Assembly: GCA_043228905.1 (NCBI GenBank)
Contig: JBHGNT010000021.1
Location: 12,896,001 to 12,960,000, forward strand
DNA from: Azolla caroliniana
Taxonomy: Eukaryota; Plantae; Polypodiophyta
DNA: 64,000 nucleotides
Direction: 5' to 3'
Position 1 is the stretch's first letter, and each line of letters opens with the position of its first letter. Below, piece after piece: positions 11,439 to 24,248 of this stretch. The position numbers and the translations under genes were made by a program. The notes beneath the pieces were generated by a model. It ran no database searches. It had not been told where the DNA came from and worked only from the letters and a program-made list of their open reading frames with translations.

Positions 11439-13754
11439 TGTTGAGAGATCAAGCTCAACTTAGTTTAGCCAACCATGTACCTAGATAGAATCTAGCTAGA
11501 AGTGTTGACTATAACGACTTAAATAGGACCTTGTACTTAAGTAGGATATTATAGATCCTCCACTTCCAAGGTCATTTAATATAGGCCTTACACAGTTGTA
11601 TCTATATTCTCCTCACACATGTGCACCCTTGCACATGAGATCTATATATACCTCATTGATAGTATTTTTGTATTTGATGATGGCAATGCTAATTTAATAT
11701 AGTTACTCATCCCTCATCTTTTGTTGTTCATAAGTGTATCTCTCTTTCTCTCACACATATACACACGCATATCACATAATCTTCTGCTTAACTTAATCAC
11801 ATAATTAGGTACTAATTCACCCTTAATTACTTACCTACTTCTTAACATGGTATTAGAGCGTGTGGTTTAGAAAATCCACTAAGCCCACCCGACTCCGTGA
11901 TTGTGTGTTCGAGACACCGACGACAAAATCCGGCTATCGGCTACCGTAGTGCCGCTACATAGCACGTGTACGTGATCGAAAGAAGAAAAGCAAAAGAAGA
12001 GAAGACATTAGAATCAACATGAACACACAAATGGGTAGCTCGTTCCCTAGTGAAAAGCTAGACCGGAGCAATTATTCATCTTGGGAATACAAGATGCACC
12101 AATACCTTGTCGGCCAAGGCTATTGGAGCTACATCAATGGTGCACAAGAAAATCAACCCGACTCAAAGAACGCCGACTATGCAACATGGGAGCAAGCGGC
12201 GAGTTGAGTCATGTATTGCTTGGCAACATGTGTCCACGACCACATGCTTAGCCATATTCGAGACGCCAAGACGCCCAAAGAGGTTTGGGGGAACTTAAAG
12301 AAAATGTTCGCCGCCAACACAACCACCCGAAAGCTTCAACTCCGACAAGAGTTGGAACAACATTCGGCAAAAAGACATGTCTGTGTCGGACTACATTGCC
12401 AAGATCAAGAGCATTTGTGACTCACTTTGCTCCATCAACATAAACATCGATGAAAACGAGATGGTTCAAGTATGCTTGGGTGGCCTCGCACAACGATTCG
12501 ATCCATTACGGACGGCAATCTTGGCGAGAGAAAACTGTTCTTCATTCTTCGACCTCCTATCAATGCTATTGGTCGAAGAGAACCACATCCGAACCAAAAG
12601 CAAGACGTCGGAAGGATAAATGTTCTTCTCGAATTCGGACGGTGGCCAGGAGGAGGTCACGGTGGTAGAAGAGGTCAATTTGACCCATTCCACGAAGGGA
12701 ACTCAAACCTTCACGGAATCCATCAAGGAACCTTCGGAAGAAGGGGGAGCTTCCATGCCGAACAAGGTTGGCAAACGAGGCCTGCAACTTGCAACTATTG
12801 CGGCAAAATCGGCCACCACGAGGAGTGTCGAAAAAGAAGAAACGAGTCGGCCTCCACAAGTCGACAACTCACAAATTACGCCATCAACTCCGAATACGAT
12901 GATTACGGCGGACTATTCGTAATGAGGCATAGAGTGAACTCTATGAAGGCCTCCAACTCCGCAAGCACCTCCAATTCAGAAGATGTGTGGTTCGTCGATT
13001 CCGGTGTCTCACATCACATGACATCCCACAAAGAGTGGTTCAATGACTTGCATACACCGGATCGACCCGACTACATAGAGATGGGAGACGACACCACACA
13101 TCCCATTCGTCACATCGGCAATGTCCCATTCGGGAAAGAAGGCGAACAAACTTGCATCAAGAATTTCTTGCACGTGCCCACAATAACGAAGAATTTGATC
13201 TGAGTCGGCCAAATCATGGAGCAAGGCATGCAAGTCCGCTTCAACAAAGAAGGATGCTTCATCGAGAAAGATGGCCGACTCATAGCGAAGGGGCGGAGAG
13301 ACGGCCGAAAGATTCGAACGAGGTGAAATCGGCAGAAAGTTGAGAGATCAAGCTCAACTTAGTTTAGTTAGTTAGTCAACCATGTACCTAGATAGAATCT
13401 AGTTAGAAGTGTTGACTATAACGACTTAAATAGGACCTTGTACTTAAGTAGGATATTCTAGATTCTCCACTCCCAAGGTCATTTAATATAGGACTTACAC
13501 GGTGGTACCTATATTCTCCTCACACATGTGCACCCTTGCACATGAGATCTATATATACCTCATTGATGGTATTTTTGTATTTGATGATGATAATGCTAAT
13601 TTAATATAGTTACTCATCCCCCATCTTGTGTTGTTCATAAGTGTATCTCTCTTTCTCTCACATGCATACACACGCATATCACATAATCTTCTGCTTAACT
13701 TAATCACATAATTAGGTACTAATTAACCCTTAATTACTTACCTAATTCTTAACA
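11439..13754 (+). mobile_element. Nested copia B: LTR-gag-protease-LTR deletion derivative
   Basis: LTRs at 11439-11847 and ~13339-13754; PBS TGGTATTAGAGC; gag (EKLDRSNYSSW), CNYCGKIGH and WFVDSG. No INT, RT, RH or PPT. TSD is imperfect (AGATA/AGACC). Confidence 0.88.
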
Positions 13755-15218
13755 AGACCATTAATGAATTTACAAATGAAAGAAGGCGAACAAATCGACA
13801 CATTTATAATGAAGTGGCAAAAGCAATTAGATAGAGTCATCTCTTCAGGCAATAATATTGATGAAATATCCAAATGTGAGATTTTAATGGGAGCACTACC
13901 AGAATCATGGGTCACTTTTATAAGTATTCATAGTGAAGACAAAAATCTAAATTTACAAAATTTAGTAGCAAAGTTAAAGCAGGATGAACTACGAAGGAAA
14001 AGAACAAGTTCACACACGAGGCTAGCCACATGGCCATGGCAGTCTCAATGAGAAATAATCGAGGCAACTTTGCGAAGTAGAAATTTCAACGGTTTCCAAA
14101 TAACCAGAAGTTTCAACAGCAGAAGAAATCAAATGGAATGGGAGGCTTGACGATATCTACGATCACATGTAGGTATTGTAATAAACAAGGTCATATTGAA
14201 AAAGATTGTAGAAAGAAGCAATTTGATCTTAAAAGGAAAGGAAAGAAGTCTTATCCTCAAATTCATAGTGCATCAATTCAAAATGATAATGTGAACTATT
14301 GTGAAGAAGATGAAGACAATAATTTTATACAAGCTTTTACAGGTGATGCAAACGAAAGTCAAGTGAATCAAAACAAAGGCAATGCTAACCTTTGGTTCTT
14401 CGACACTGGGGCGACGCATCACTTAACAAATAACGGAAATATTCTACATTACTATTGCCCCCTTCCACAAGCACTCCAAGTTACATTCGGTGACCATGGC
14501 ACAAAAGTCGCGATTGGGAAAGGGGAAGTGCACTTGTCTCTAAACAAATCAAAGACAGTAAGCATTCCAAATGTTTATTATGTTCCAGGTGTAATGAGAA
14601 ACTTAATATCCGTAAGTGAAGCAACAAAAAATGGAACAAGTATACAATTCAATAATAATTTTGCGGTTATTTCTCATGAATTACCTAATGGTGAGATGTT
14701 AAGAGTGACTAGCCACAAATCTGGAAGACTCTACCCTTTACAAATGATGGACAAAACTCCTATACAAGCCTCTTTGCGTCAAGCGCTTCACACATTGATC
14801 CTACAATGCTTTGGCATCATCGACTCGAGCATCTCAACCTGAAGGCGATGAAGACTGGTGAAGTCCATAAATTATTCGAAGGAATTCCAACGAAGTCATT
14901 TAGCTATATATCTATATGCGAGGGATGCATCTACGACAAGCAATGTCAACAAAAGTTTCCAATAGGCAAACAAAAAAGGGCAGAAAGACCACTACAACTA
15001 ATTCATTCAGACTTAGGTGGACCGATGCACTCTCTATCAATAGATGGTAAAAAGTATTTTATTTCATTTATAGATGACTTCAGAAGATTCATTGTCTTAT
15101 ATTTTCTTAAGAAAAAATCAAGAACATACAATGCATTTACAAATTACAAAGCATATGTAGAAAATCAATGTCAACTTAAAATCTCGACTATTCGTACCGA
15201 CAATGGAAGGGAGTATTT

Positions 15219-18200
15219 TGTTGGGAATCGACGCTTCGATTGACCTTCACCACTCGGCCACAACCGAGTAATCGCGAATCAATGCAGCAGAAAATAGGAA
15301 CCACAGAGAGAAACACACGTATACACAGGGATTAACGTGGAAAACCCTAGATGGGAAAAACCACGGGAGTACGAGACTCCAAACCAACACTATACAAAGA
15401 GAAGTACACAATGGCGAGCTGCAAGGCGACGACCTTGAGCACGCTGTCCTCGCCACAGGCGGCGGAAATACACAGAGGCGTAGTCCTCTTCCTCTCTCAC
15501 GCTCTATCTCTCTCTCTCTCTCTCACGGCTACTCCCTCTTCACTCCTCTTGAGTGGAAAAACAGAAAAATAAGAAGCAACAGTAAAACTGTTTGCCCTAA
15601 GTCATATTTATACTTATATGACTTTGGGCTATTTACAACTGTAGCCTCAGGGGCCCATAGCGGACATATTCACGAATATGTCCCTGCATCCGGATCGCTC
15701 TCCGGGTACATTCGTCATCCGGATCCGAAACCGAAACCGGGCTTGTCGGCATTCATCTCCGATATCCGACCATCCCATCCGAAAGGGACCGAAATCCCAA
15801 CAAACTCCCCCTTCACTTCGGCATGGGATGTCTCTCCAATCCGATCCTCTTCCGGCATGCTTCCAGCTTGTCGGGTGTGAGCACCTTGGTCAGCATATCC
15901 GACCCGTTCTCGTCCGTGTGGATCTTCGTCAGCACGAACTCCTTGTCTTCTATCCTTTCCCGGATCCAGTGATATCTTCGCTGGATGTGCTTCGTCCGGG
16001 AGTGATAGGCCGCGTTCTTTGCAAGGTGGATTGCACTCTGACTGTCACAGTAGAGTCGGTACTCCTCCTGCCGGATACCGAGCTCTCTAATGAAGTCCTT
16101 CATCCATATTACTTCCTTGCCGGCTTCAACAGCCGCCATGTACTCCGCCTCCGTGGTTGACAACGCAACCGTCTTCTGCAGCCTCGACTGCCATGAAACA
16201 GCTCCCCCTGCATACGTCATCACATACCCTGATGTGGACCGGCTGGTATCTGCATCAGCCGACATATCCGAATCGGTAAAGCCGTCGAGTTCGGGCTTAC
16301 CGGAGCCGAATCGGAGGCACACGTTTGCCGTGCCCTTCAGGTATCGGAGTATCCACTTGGCCGCGTTCCAATGCTCTTTGCCGGGATTGCTCATGTACCG
16401 GCTCACCACTCCGACTGCATATCCGATGTCCGGTCTCGTACACACCATGGCGTACATCAAGCTCCCGACGGCTGAGGCATATGGCACTTTCATCATATCC
16501 TCCTTTTCAGCCTTTGTCTTGGGACTTTGCTTGTTGGACAGCTTGCAGTTTGTCGGGAGGGTCGATCCGACCGGTCTCGCTTCCGACATGTTGAACCGGT
16601 GAAGCACCTTCGTCACGTACTTCTCCTGTGACAGCCACAACTGCTTCTTCTTCCGGTCCCGGATGATGTGCATCCCTAGTATTTGCCTCGCCGGACCCAG
16701 GTCCTTCATTGAGAAGGTTCGGTGAAGAGCCTTCTTCAGCATCCGTATCTTGACCTGGTCCCGTCCGACGATCAACATGTCATCCACGTACAGGAGGAGT
16801 ATTAGAAAGTCTCCTCCTTCGAACTTCTTCACAAACACGCAGTGGTCGGACTGCGTTTTGAGGTACCCTTCGTCGGTCATGAAGGAGTCGAACTTCCGGT
16901 ACCATTGCCGGGGAGCCTGCTTCAATCCGTAAAGGCTCTTCTTCAACCGGCATACCAGGTGCTCCTTCCCTTCCTTCTCGAATCCGTCCGGTTGCTGCAT
17001 GTAGATCTCTTCTTCGAGGTCACCGTGAAGGAATGCCGTCTTCACGTCCATCTGCTCCACCTCGAGGTCCATGCTTGCCGCTATGCTCAGCACCGTCCGG
17101 ATGGAGGTCATCTTTACTACCGGGGCAAATATTTCGTCGAAGTCGACGCCCTTCTTCTGCTGGAACCCCTTCACCACGATCCTGGCTTTGTATCTCGGGG
17201 GGTTTCCGACATCTCCCGGTTTCAGCTTGAACACCCACTTGTTTCGAAGTGCCCGCTTTCCTTTCGGCAACTCCACAAGTTCATATGTGTGGTTCTCATG
17301 AAGGGAATCCATCTCGTCCTGCATGGCACTCAACCACCTGCGGCTCTGGGTGTCGTGCTTTGCTTCTTCAAAGCTCTCCGGCTCCCCCTCGTCGGTTAGC
17401 AGCACGTGCTCTGGATCCGGAAATCTCCGGGGGGCCCTCCTCTCTCTTAGAGGATATCTCCGTTCGGGAGCTTCGGTAACCGGTTCTTCCGATTCTTCTT
17501 CTTCATCCGAATCCATTTCGGGATCGGGGCCGGTTCCGGTATCATTTTCATCTTCTTCGGCCGGTTCTGTTTCTTCACCGTCTTCGGCCGGATCCTCGAG
17601 TGCTAACCGGTCCCTTGCCGGTCGGGACTGCTCCTCGTAGAGTTGATCCTCACCGGTCGACTTGGAGCTCTTCATCTTCTTCTCCGACTCCCAGTCGGCG
17701 AGTGTCTTGTTCTCCATGAAGATGATATCGCGACTCCGGAATATCTTCTTGTCAACCGGGTCCCATACTCGGTAGCCGAACTCGTCGTCGCCGTAACCGA
17801 GGAATATGCATGGCCGGGTCTTTGGATCTAGCTTTCCTCTCCGGTCCTTTGCCACATGCACGTATGCGAGACACCCGAACACCTTCAGATGCCGGTAGGA
17901 TACTTCCCTACCGGTCCACACTCTCTGCGGCGTGTCTCCGTCCAAAGGTACTGAGGGTGATCTGTTTATCACATATGTCGCCGTCGACATTGCCTCAGCC
18001 CAAAATCCCTTGGGTAATTTCGCATGCGCCAGCATACTCCGGACCCTCTCCATTATGGTCCGGTTCATCCTCTCGGCCAACCCGTTCAGTTCCGGCGTCT
18101 TCGGCACAGTAAACTCGAGTCGGATTCCCTTCGAGCGACAGTACTCCTGGAACTGCCCCCGGTATTCCCCTCCGTTATCCGCTCGTATCGCTTTCAGCTT

Positions 18201-20503
18201 CTTGCCGGATTCCCTTTCCACTCTCGCGTGGAGTTCTTTGAAGACGCACAACACTTGGTCCTTTGTCTTCATCGGTGCCGTCCACAGTCTTCGGCTATGA
18301 TCATCTATGAAAGTTACGAAGTACTGGGCTCCGCCATGTGACTTCGTTTCTACCTGACACACATCGGTGTGCACCAACTCCAATGGTGCGCTACGTCTCG
18401 TCGGTGGCCTTGAGTGGAAGGAGGTTCGGTTCTGCTTACCGGCCAGGCAATCGGTGCACTTCTCCAGGTGCACATGCTTCACTGGAATAAGGTTGTCTTC
18501 TGCAAGCCTCTTCATCCCCTTCTCACTCATGTGGCACAGTCTTTTGTGCCACAGCTCACCGGCAGTGTCGGCTGCCACATTCAGCTCTTCCGGACATAAC
18601 CGGGCATTAATCAGGTATAGTGTGTTGACCTTCCGGGCCCGAGCCACTATCAGGCTCCCCTTGCTGAACTTCATTACGCCGTTCCGGATGCTACCCGTGT
18701 AGCCTTCATCGTCTAGCCTTCCGGCCGAAATCAGGTTCAATCGAACCTCCGGAACGTGTCGGACATCCTTCAGCAGCATTTTGCATCCGGTCGGGGTTGT
18801 CAACCACACGTCTCCGATGCCGGCAATCCGGCACGTACCTTCATTTCCCATCCGAACACAGCCATGCTCGCCGACTGTGTAGGATGAGAAGTATCTTCTC
18901 TCCGGGGTCAGGTGGAACGATGCTCCGGAATCGACCACCCAGGTCGTCTCATCGCCGGCAACGTTTAGCTCACCTTCTTCGGTGATGAGCATGATTTCTT
19001 CCTCACTTGCCGCGAGTGCCGTCGTTCCTTTCCGGTCCTGCCCTCGCCGATCCGAACCTCTCCGGTCCGTGGCTCCCCGGTATGCACCGCTTCTCTCCGG
19101 TGACTTCTTCGAATCGGTGTCGTCGGCTCCGTTGTCTTTTCGGTAATGCCGACAATTCTTTCGGAAGTGCCCCGGCTTCCCACAGTGGAAGCATGTGGGC
19201 CTTCCTCTTGACTGCGACCGGGTCCCCGACTTCTCCCGTCTTTGCGGACTCCGGTTCCATTGTCTTCCCCGATCCGATTCGGTAAGCAGCGCCTTCGGGT
19301 CGGAGGCCGGTTCTTTATCTCTCCGACGCGCTTCTTCATTCAAAATACTTGTCTTTACCGTTTGTAAGGACAAGTTATCTTCGGTGCAGGAGGTGCTGAG
19401 AGTCACCACCAAGTTCTCCCAGCTTTCTGGCAATGTACACATCAGGATGATGGCTTGCATTGCATCCTCCAACGGGAACTTGATCGCCGCAAGCTGATTC
19501 ACGAATCCCATGAACGTGCTTACGTGTTCGACCATACTCTCGCCGTCCCGGTACTTGAGGTTCACTATCTTCCTCATCAGGGAGGTCCGGTTCAACGCAT
19601 TCTTCCTCTCGTAGAGGCCCGACAGCTTCTTCCACATCTCATATGCGTTGGTGTCATTCGCCACATGTTGTAGGACGCTTACATCGACATATTGTCGGAT
19701 CGTCGCTACGGCTTTCCGGTTCAGGAGCTTCCACTCCGACTCAAGTACCCCTTTCGGTATTTCCGACCTGTCAATCGGTTCGTACAGGTCCCGCACAATC
19801 AGAAGATCCTCCATCTTGATCTTCCAGTCGGCGTAATTCTGTGCATTCAGCACCATCATCATCGGCTGCCCGCTGCCACCGCCTTCCATTTTCTGCAACA
19901 ACCCGCTCTGATACCAGTTTGTTGGGAATCGACGCTTCGATTGACCTTCACCACTCGGCCACAACCGAGTAATCGCGAATCAATGCAGCAGAAAATAGGA
20001 ACCACAGAGAGAAACACACGTATACACAGGGATTAACGTGGAAAACCCTAGATGGGAAAAACCACGGGAGTACGAGACTCCAAACCAACACTATACAAAG
20101 AGAAGTACACAATGGCGAGCTGCAAGGCGACGACCTTGAGCACGCTGTCCTCGCCACAGGCGGCGGAAATACACAGAGGCGTAGTCCTCTTCCTCTCTCA
20201 CGCTCTATCTCTCTCTCTCTCTCTCACGGCTACTCCCTCTTCACTCCTCTTGAGTGGAAAAACAGAAAAATAAGAAGCAACAGTAAAACTGTTTGCCCTA
20301 AGTCATATTTATACTTATATGACTTTGGGCTATTTACAACTGTAGCCTCAGGGGCCCATAGCGGACATATTCACGAATATGTCCCTGCATCCGGATCGCT
20401 CTCCGGGTACATTCGTCATCCGGATCCGAAACCGAAACCGGGCTTGTCGGCATTCATCTCCGATATCCGACCATCCCATCCGAAAGGGACCGAAATCCCA
20501 ACA
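15219..20503 (-). mobile_element. Nested copia C, intact (Tnt1/Tork-like)
   Basis: 584-bp LTRs at 15219-15802 and 19920-20503 that look identical; TSD TATTT; Met PBS at 19905-19916; PPT GAAGGGGGAG. Confidence 0.97.
15813..19889 (-). CDS. Copia Gag-Pol polyprotein (gag, CCHC, PR, INT, RT, RH), uninterrupted
   Basis: The 1383-codon ORF has its likely start at MEGGG (19889). Motifs CFHCGKPGHFRKNC, VDSGAS, HKRLCH..C..C, DNGGEY, YVDDML, ADADTSRS and SDMLTK. Confidence 0.96.
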   Translation of the reverse strand: MEGGGSGQPMMMVLNAQNYADWKIKMEDLLIVRDLYEPIDRSEIPKGVLESEWKLLNRKAVATIRQYVDVSVLQHVANDTNAYEMWKKLSGLYERKNALNRTSLMRKIVNLKYRDGESMVEHVSTFMGFVNQLAAIKFPLEDAMQAIILMCTLPESWENLVVTLSTSCTEDNLSLQTVKTSILNEEARRRDKEPASDPKALLTESDRGRQWNRSPQRREKSGTRSQSRGRPTCFHCGKPGHFRKNCRHYRKDNGADDTDSKKSPERSGAYRGATDRRGSDRRGQDRKGTTALAASEEEIMLITEEGELNVAGDETTWVVDSGASFHLTPERRYFSSYTVGEHGCVRMGNEGTCRIAGIGDVWLTTPTGCKMLLKDVRHVPEVRLNLISAGRLDDEGYTGSIRNGVMKFSKGSLIVARARKVNTLYLINARLCPEELNVAADTAGELWHKRLCHMSEKGMKRLAEDNLIPVKHVHLEKCTDCLAGKQNRTSFHSRPPTRRSAPLELVHTDVCQVETKSHGGAQYFVTFIDDHSRRLWTAPMKTKDQVLCVFKELHARVERESGKKLKAIRADNGGEYRGQFQEYCRSKGIRLEFTVPKTPELNGLAERMNRTIMERVRSMLAHAKLPKGFWAEAMSTATYVINRSPSVPLDGDTPQRVWTGREVSYRHLKVFGCLAYVHVAKDRRGKLDPKTRPCIFLGYGDDEFGYRVWDPVDKKIFRSRDIIFMENKTLADWESEKKMKSSKSTGEDQLYEEQSRPARDRLALEDPAEDGEETEPAEEDENDTGTGPDPEMDSDEEEESEEPVTEAPERRYPLRERRAPRRFPDPEHVLLTDEGEPESFEEAKHDTQSRRWLSAMQDEMDSLHENHTYELVELPKGKRALRNKWVFKLKPGDVGNPPRYKARIVVKGFQQKKGVDFDEIFAPVVKMTSIRTVLSIAASMDLEVEQMDVKTAFLHGDLEEEIYMQQPDGFEKEGKEHLVCRLKKSLYGLKQAPRQWYRKFDSFMTDEGYLKTQSDHCVFVKKFEGGDFLILLLYVDDMLIVGRDQVKIRMLKKALHRTFSMKDLGPARQILGMHIIRDRKKKQLWLSQEKYVTKVLHRFNMSEARPVGSTLPTNCKLSNKQSPKTKAEKEDMMKVPYASAVGSLMYAMVCTRPDIGYAVGVVSRYMSNPGKEHWNAAKWILRYLKGTANVCLRFGSGKPELDGFTDSDMSADADTSRSTSGYVMTYAGGAVSWQSRLQKTVALSTTEAEYMAAVEAGKEVIWMKDFIRELGIRQEEYRLYCDSQSAIHLAKNAAYHSRTKHIQRRYHWIRERIEDKEFVLTKIHTDENGSDMLTKVLTPDKLEACRKRIGLERHPMPK

Positions 20504-23500
20504 TATTTTAGTGATGAATGGACGAGGTTTTGTGAAGAAAATGGAATAAGGCATGAGCATATTGTACCATACAACCCATAGTAGAATGGTGTAGCTAGCG
20601 CAAGAATCGAACCCTCCTAGATGCATGTCGAAGTATGATTCCAGTTGCCGGATTGCCTCTTTGATTTTGGCAAGAAGCAGTTGCCACTACATGTTACTTG
20701 CAAAACCGATCACCACATAAGATACTCGGTCTTCAAACACCATATTCACTTTGGTATAAGCATAAACCCAACCTTGGTCATCTCCGAGTGTTTGGTTCGA
20801 TTGCTTACAGTCATGTACCTGCAGACAAAAGGAAGAAATTAGATCCTCACACAAGAAAATGTATTTTTACTAGATATGGTGAATCTTCTGGACTTAAAGC
20901 ATGCAAATTATTTGATCCACATACACGCAAATTTTTCTTTAGTCGATCAGTCATATTTGATGATATTAGCGTACTTGAGCAACAAAAACAACATGAGGTA
21001 CGTGATTTTAAACAAAATTTAAGGATTAATGATCTAATTACTCCAAATGTTTCCCAAATAGAAAATTATAGTGGTCCGATCACAAGAAGTTTCTCGAAGC
21101 AGTTTCAAAATAAAAAACATGCAAATGTTCTAGTAAAAGAGGAGGATGTAGGAGTAACTCATTACTTATGCAATAATCTGACCTACCCTAACAAGAAAGG
21201 ATTGAGATCACTCTACAAAGATTATTTACGCGACCAAATAAGAAATGAAGACATACACAACATGCAAACCAAAGATCATGAAAAAAAAGATCATAAAAAT
21301 CACGAAACTTATAAAGATATATTGGTGAAAGATTTAGAAAAGGTACCTAGCAGAAGAGGAAGTCAATGGCGAATGAAAAATCCCGAAAGAAGACAAAATG
21401 AAGAAGTCGAACTCATTCATTGTTCCCCCGCATCAACATCTATAATGAAGCCGCTTGATCGGCATGATCATACTCCACAAATTCAACATCATCATTCTCC
21501 ACAAAATCAGAATGATCCTCCACACGATCAACATCCTCTCGGTCATCTTCATGATGAGCAGTTGGACCACCAAAATCAGCTCGGCCATGACCAGAACGAC
21601 CTGCAACATGGCCATCATCAACCAAAGTGTAACTAATAATTCTCATGTGAATTTAAGTCACCACATACAGGTTTCGCACCAGAAGCATCACTTAATGTCA
21701 ATATATTTTCTTCTCCACTTGACACTTACCCACGAAATGAAGATTTTGAATGATCAGCCGCAACCAATCAAGCAAAAATTTCGTAATATTTACGAAATTA
21801 TGGAAGCCACACGCCCATTCGAAGCACTTATGGCCAACTAGGGACCGGAGCCTATAGACGAGTTTGAAGATGATGACAGTGACATTCCACTTGAGGACAT
21901 AATCTCACTCCAAAAGCAGCCCTTAATGGTTCCATTACGAACCATGCTTGCTTTTTCGGCCGGTTTTAATCTCGAACTTCACGACTTGGATATTGAAACC
22001 ACATTTTAAATGGTGACTTAAATGAAGAAATATTCATGCAACAACTGCCGTTTTTTGAAGATTCAAAATTCCCAAAGTATGTTTGTAAGCTTCATAAGTC
22101 ATTGTATGGTTTGAAACAATCTCCACGAATGTGGCATCACAAGCTCCATACATTTGTTATGTCTATTAATTTTCGGCGTCTTCAAGCCGAGCCAAATCTT
22201 TACATTCATAAAGAAGGAAGTGACTATGTAATCATTGGTGTGTATGTGGATGATTTGCCAATTGCCTCTAACTCTACTACTTCAATGTGAAAGGCTATAA
22301 ATCAACTCAAGGAGAAGTTTCCCATCAAAGACCTTGGACCACTAGAGTATTGCCTTGGTATCAAGGTAAGTAGGAATAGGACGGAAAGCACACTTACTAT
22401 GTCGCAACGGAAGTTGGTTGAATAAATTCTTCACAAGTTCAAGATATCCAACTATAAACCTATTGCAACACCAATGACCGTACCGTGCAAACTATCATCC
22501 AATGATAGTCCAAAGACCATGGAAGAAGAGCAACTCATAAAAACACTTCCTTATCGACAAATCCTTGGAAGTATAAGGTATCTTGTGAGTTGTACACGTC
22601 CGGATTTGTCTTACTCAGCTGATTTTCTTTCTAGATTTATGCAGAATCCCGGAGTAGCTCATTGGAATGCTTTAAAGCGAGTTCTTCATTATCTACAATA
22701 CACTAAAGACATAGGTCTAACATACAAGTCTTTCCAATCTAGGAATTCGTCCCAACTTAATGGTTGGCTCCAAACACCATTAGTTGGTTGGAAGGATTCC
22801 GATTGGGGAGGGGATGTTGATACCTCTCGCTCAACATCTCGTATGGTTTTCACATTTGTCGATGGGGCAATTGCATGGAGAACCAAACGTCAAGTATATG
22901 TGGCTCTTTCTAGCACCAAGGCGGAAAATGTTGTGGCAGTATTAACGACGAAAGAAGGATTGTGGATAAAGACGATCATTGAAGAGCTCAACATCATAAA
23001 GCTTAATGAAGTCAAAGTATTTTGCGACAATCAATCATGCATTAAGCTAGCTATTAATCCAAAGATCATAGATCAAAATAAACATATAAGAGCACGACAT
23101 CATTTTATTCGAGAGTTGGTAGAAGCAAAAGAAATGTCTTTACATTACACATCTACTACAACAATGTGGGCGGATTTTTTGACGAAGCCAGTACCACAAC
23201 AAAAACATTGGAATTGTTGTAATAAAATTGGTCTTAGTATTAGTAAGATCAATAAAGAAAAATAAACTCTTTATTTTATGGGGGGGTGTTAGATTATAAA
23301 ATAAATTATAATATTAGAAGTACAAATAAAACATATTATGATAAATAAAGTAATAAATAATAATTCCTAAAATACCCCTCTTTCGTAAAAACGTTTTGTA
23401 ACTACCCTCTCTTTTATATATACACATTGTAACCACTATTCATGTGGTGTGAGAAATACAACTATTGATTTCTTGATCTCTCTCTCTCCCTGTTATCTTC

Positions 23501-23909
23501 TTCCTATCTCTTGTGTTATTGCTTGATTTCTTACAAGATGCATGGAGACAAGGGGCGTTAAAATGAAAAAAAAAAACTAATGACTCAGTGACATTAACAT
23601 ATATACAATCTAGACTGAAACAAACAATGAAGTAGCAACTCGGTATGAGAAAAGTAATGCATCAATTTGAAAACTTTGAAAAAGAAACACCCAAGATATA
23701 CGAGAAAAACAAAATCCTAACAATATGATAAATCCCTAGTTGTGACGATGAGGACAATCAATCAAATTAAACAGAGAGCAATTAGGATTGAAAGCGAAAA
23801 CAAAGTTAAATAAACCATGCTCCAATATAGGATATGAAGATATTAATAATTCCATCCAAGAAAACCAACAAACTAGGTTCCTCTAGATTGATTACAAAAT
23901 TCTACATTT

Positions 23910-24248
23910 CCAAGAAATGGTATCATCGTTGGATGTGTTCTGGATATAAAGAATCTCTTCAAGGCTTCAAAATTGGTTCTACTGTAAAGTAGTAGAAGCT
24001 CCCACAAATGTTGATGCAAATCCCAATGCGAACATTACATGTCCCCACAAGGCTTTACTTCCCAAGACTTTAACAGGTGCAAAACGCTAGGTTGTATTTG
24101 AGGAAGTTTGGCAATATTTTCTCTAGATAGCATTACAACTCAATGAAAATGTGGATGATGGATGTATAAGTTTCCCAATTGGTACTGCCACTTGTTCAAT
24201 ATGTGAGGCAAAAATATCGGAGGCTGCATCCTAGCAAGAAAATCTCAG
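23910..24248 (+). pseudogene. UBP26: Fragment of ubiquitin-specific protease UBP26 (USP48-like, DUSP region)
   Basis: LQNWFYCKVVEAPTNVDANPNANITCPHKALLPKTLTGAKR*VVFEEVWQYFL*...GCISFPIGTATCSICEAKISEAAS*QENLR resembles plant UBP26 (recalled motif CPHG..P....GAKR..VPE..W). It has three TAG stops and ends at a GT donor. Confidence 0.7.

Larger units (their letters stand above)
10749..23535 (+). mobile_element. Ty1/copia element A (degenerate) hosting two nested copias
   Basis: LTRs at 10749-10998 and 23287-23535; TSD AGATG; PBS TGGTATCAGAGC at 10999; G-rich PPT before 23287. Fragments of gag, CCHC knuckle, protease (WFFDTGA), INT, RT (YVDD) and RH (MWADFLTK). Confidence 0.95.

Noticed and set aside
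15678-20036. Many plus-strand ORFs antisense to copia C, and similar shadow ORFs over the gypsies
   Set aside because: By-products of GC-rich coding sequence on the opposite strand.
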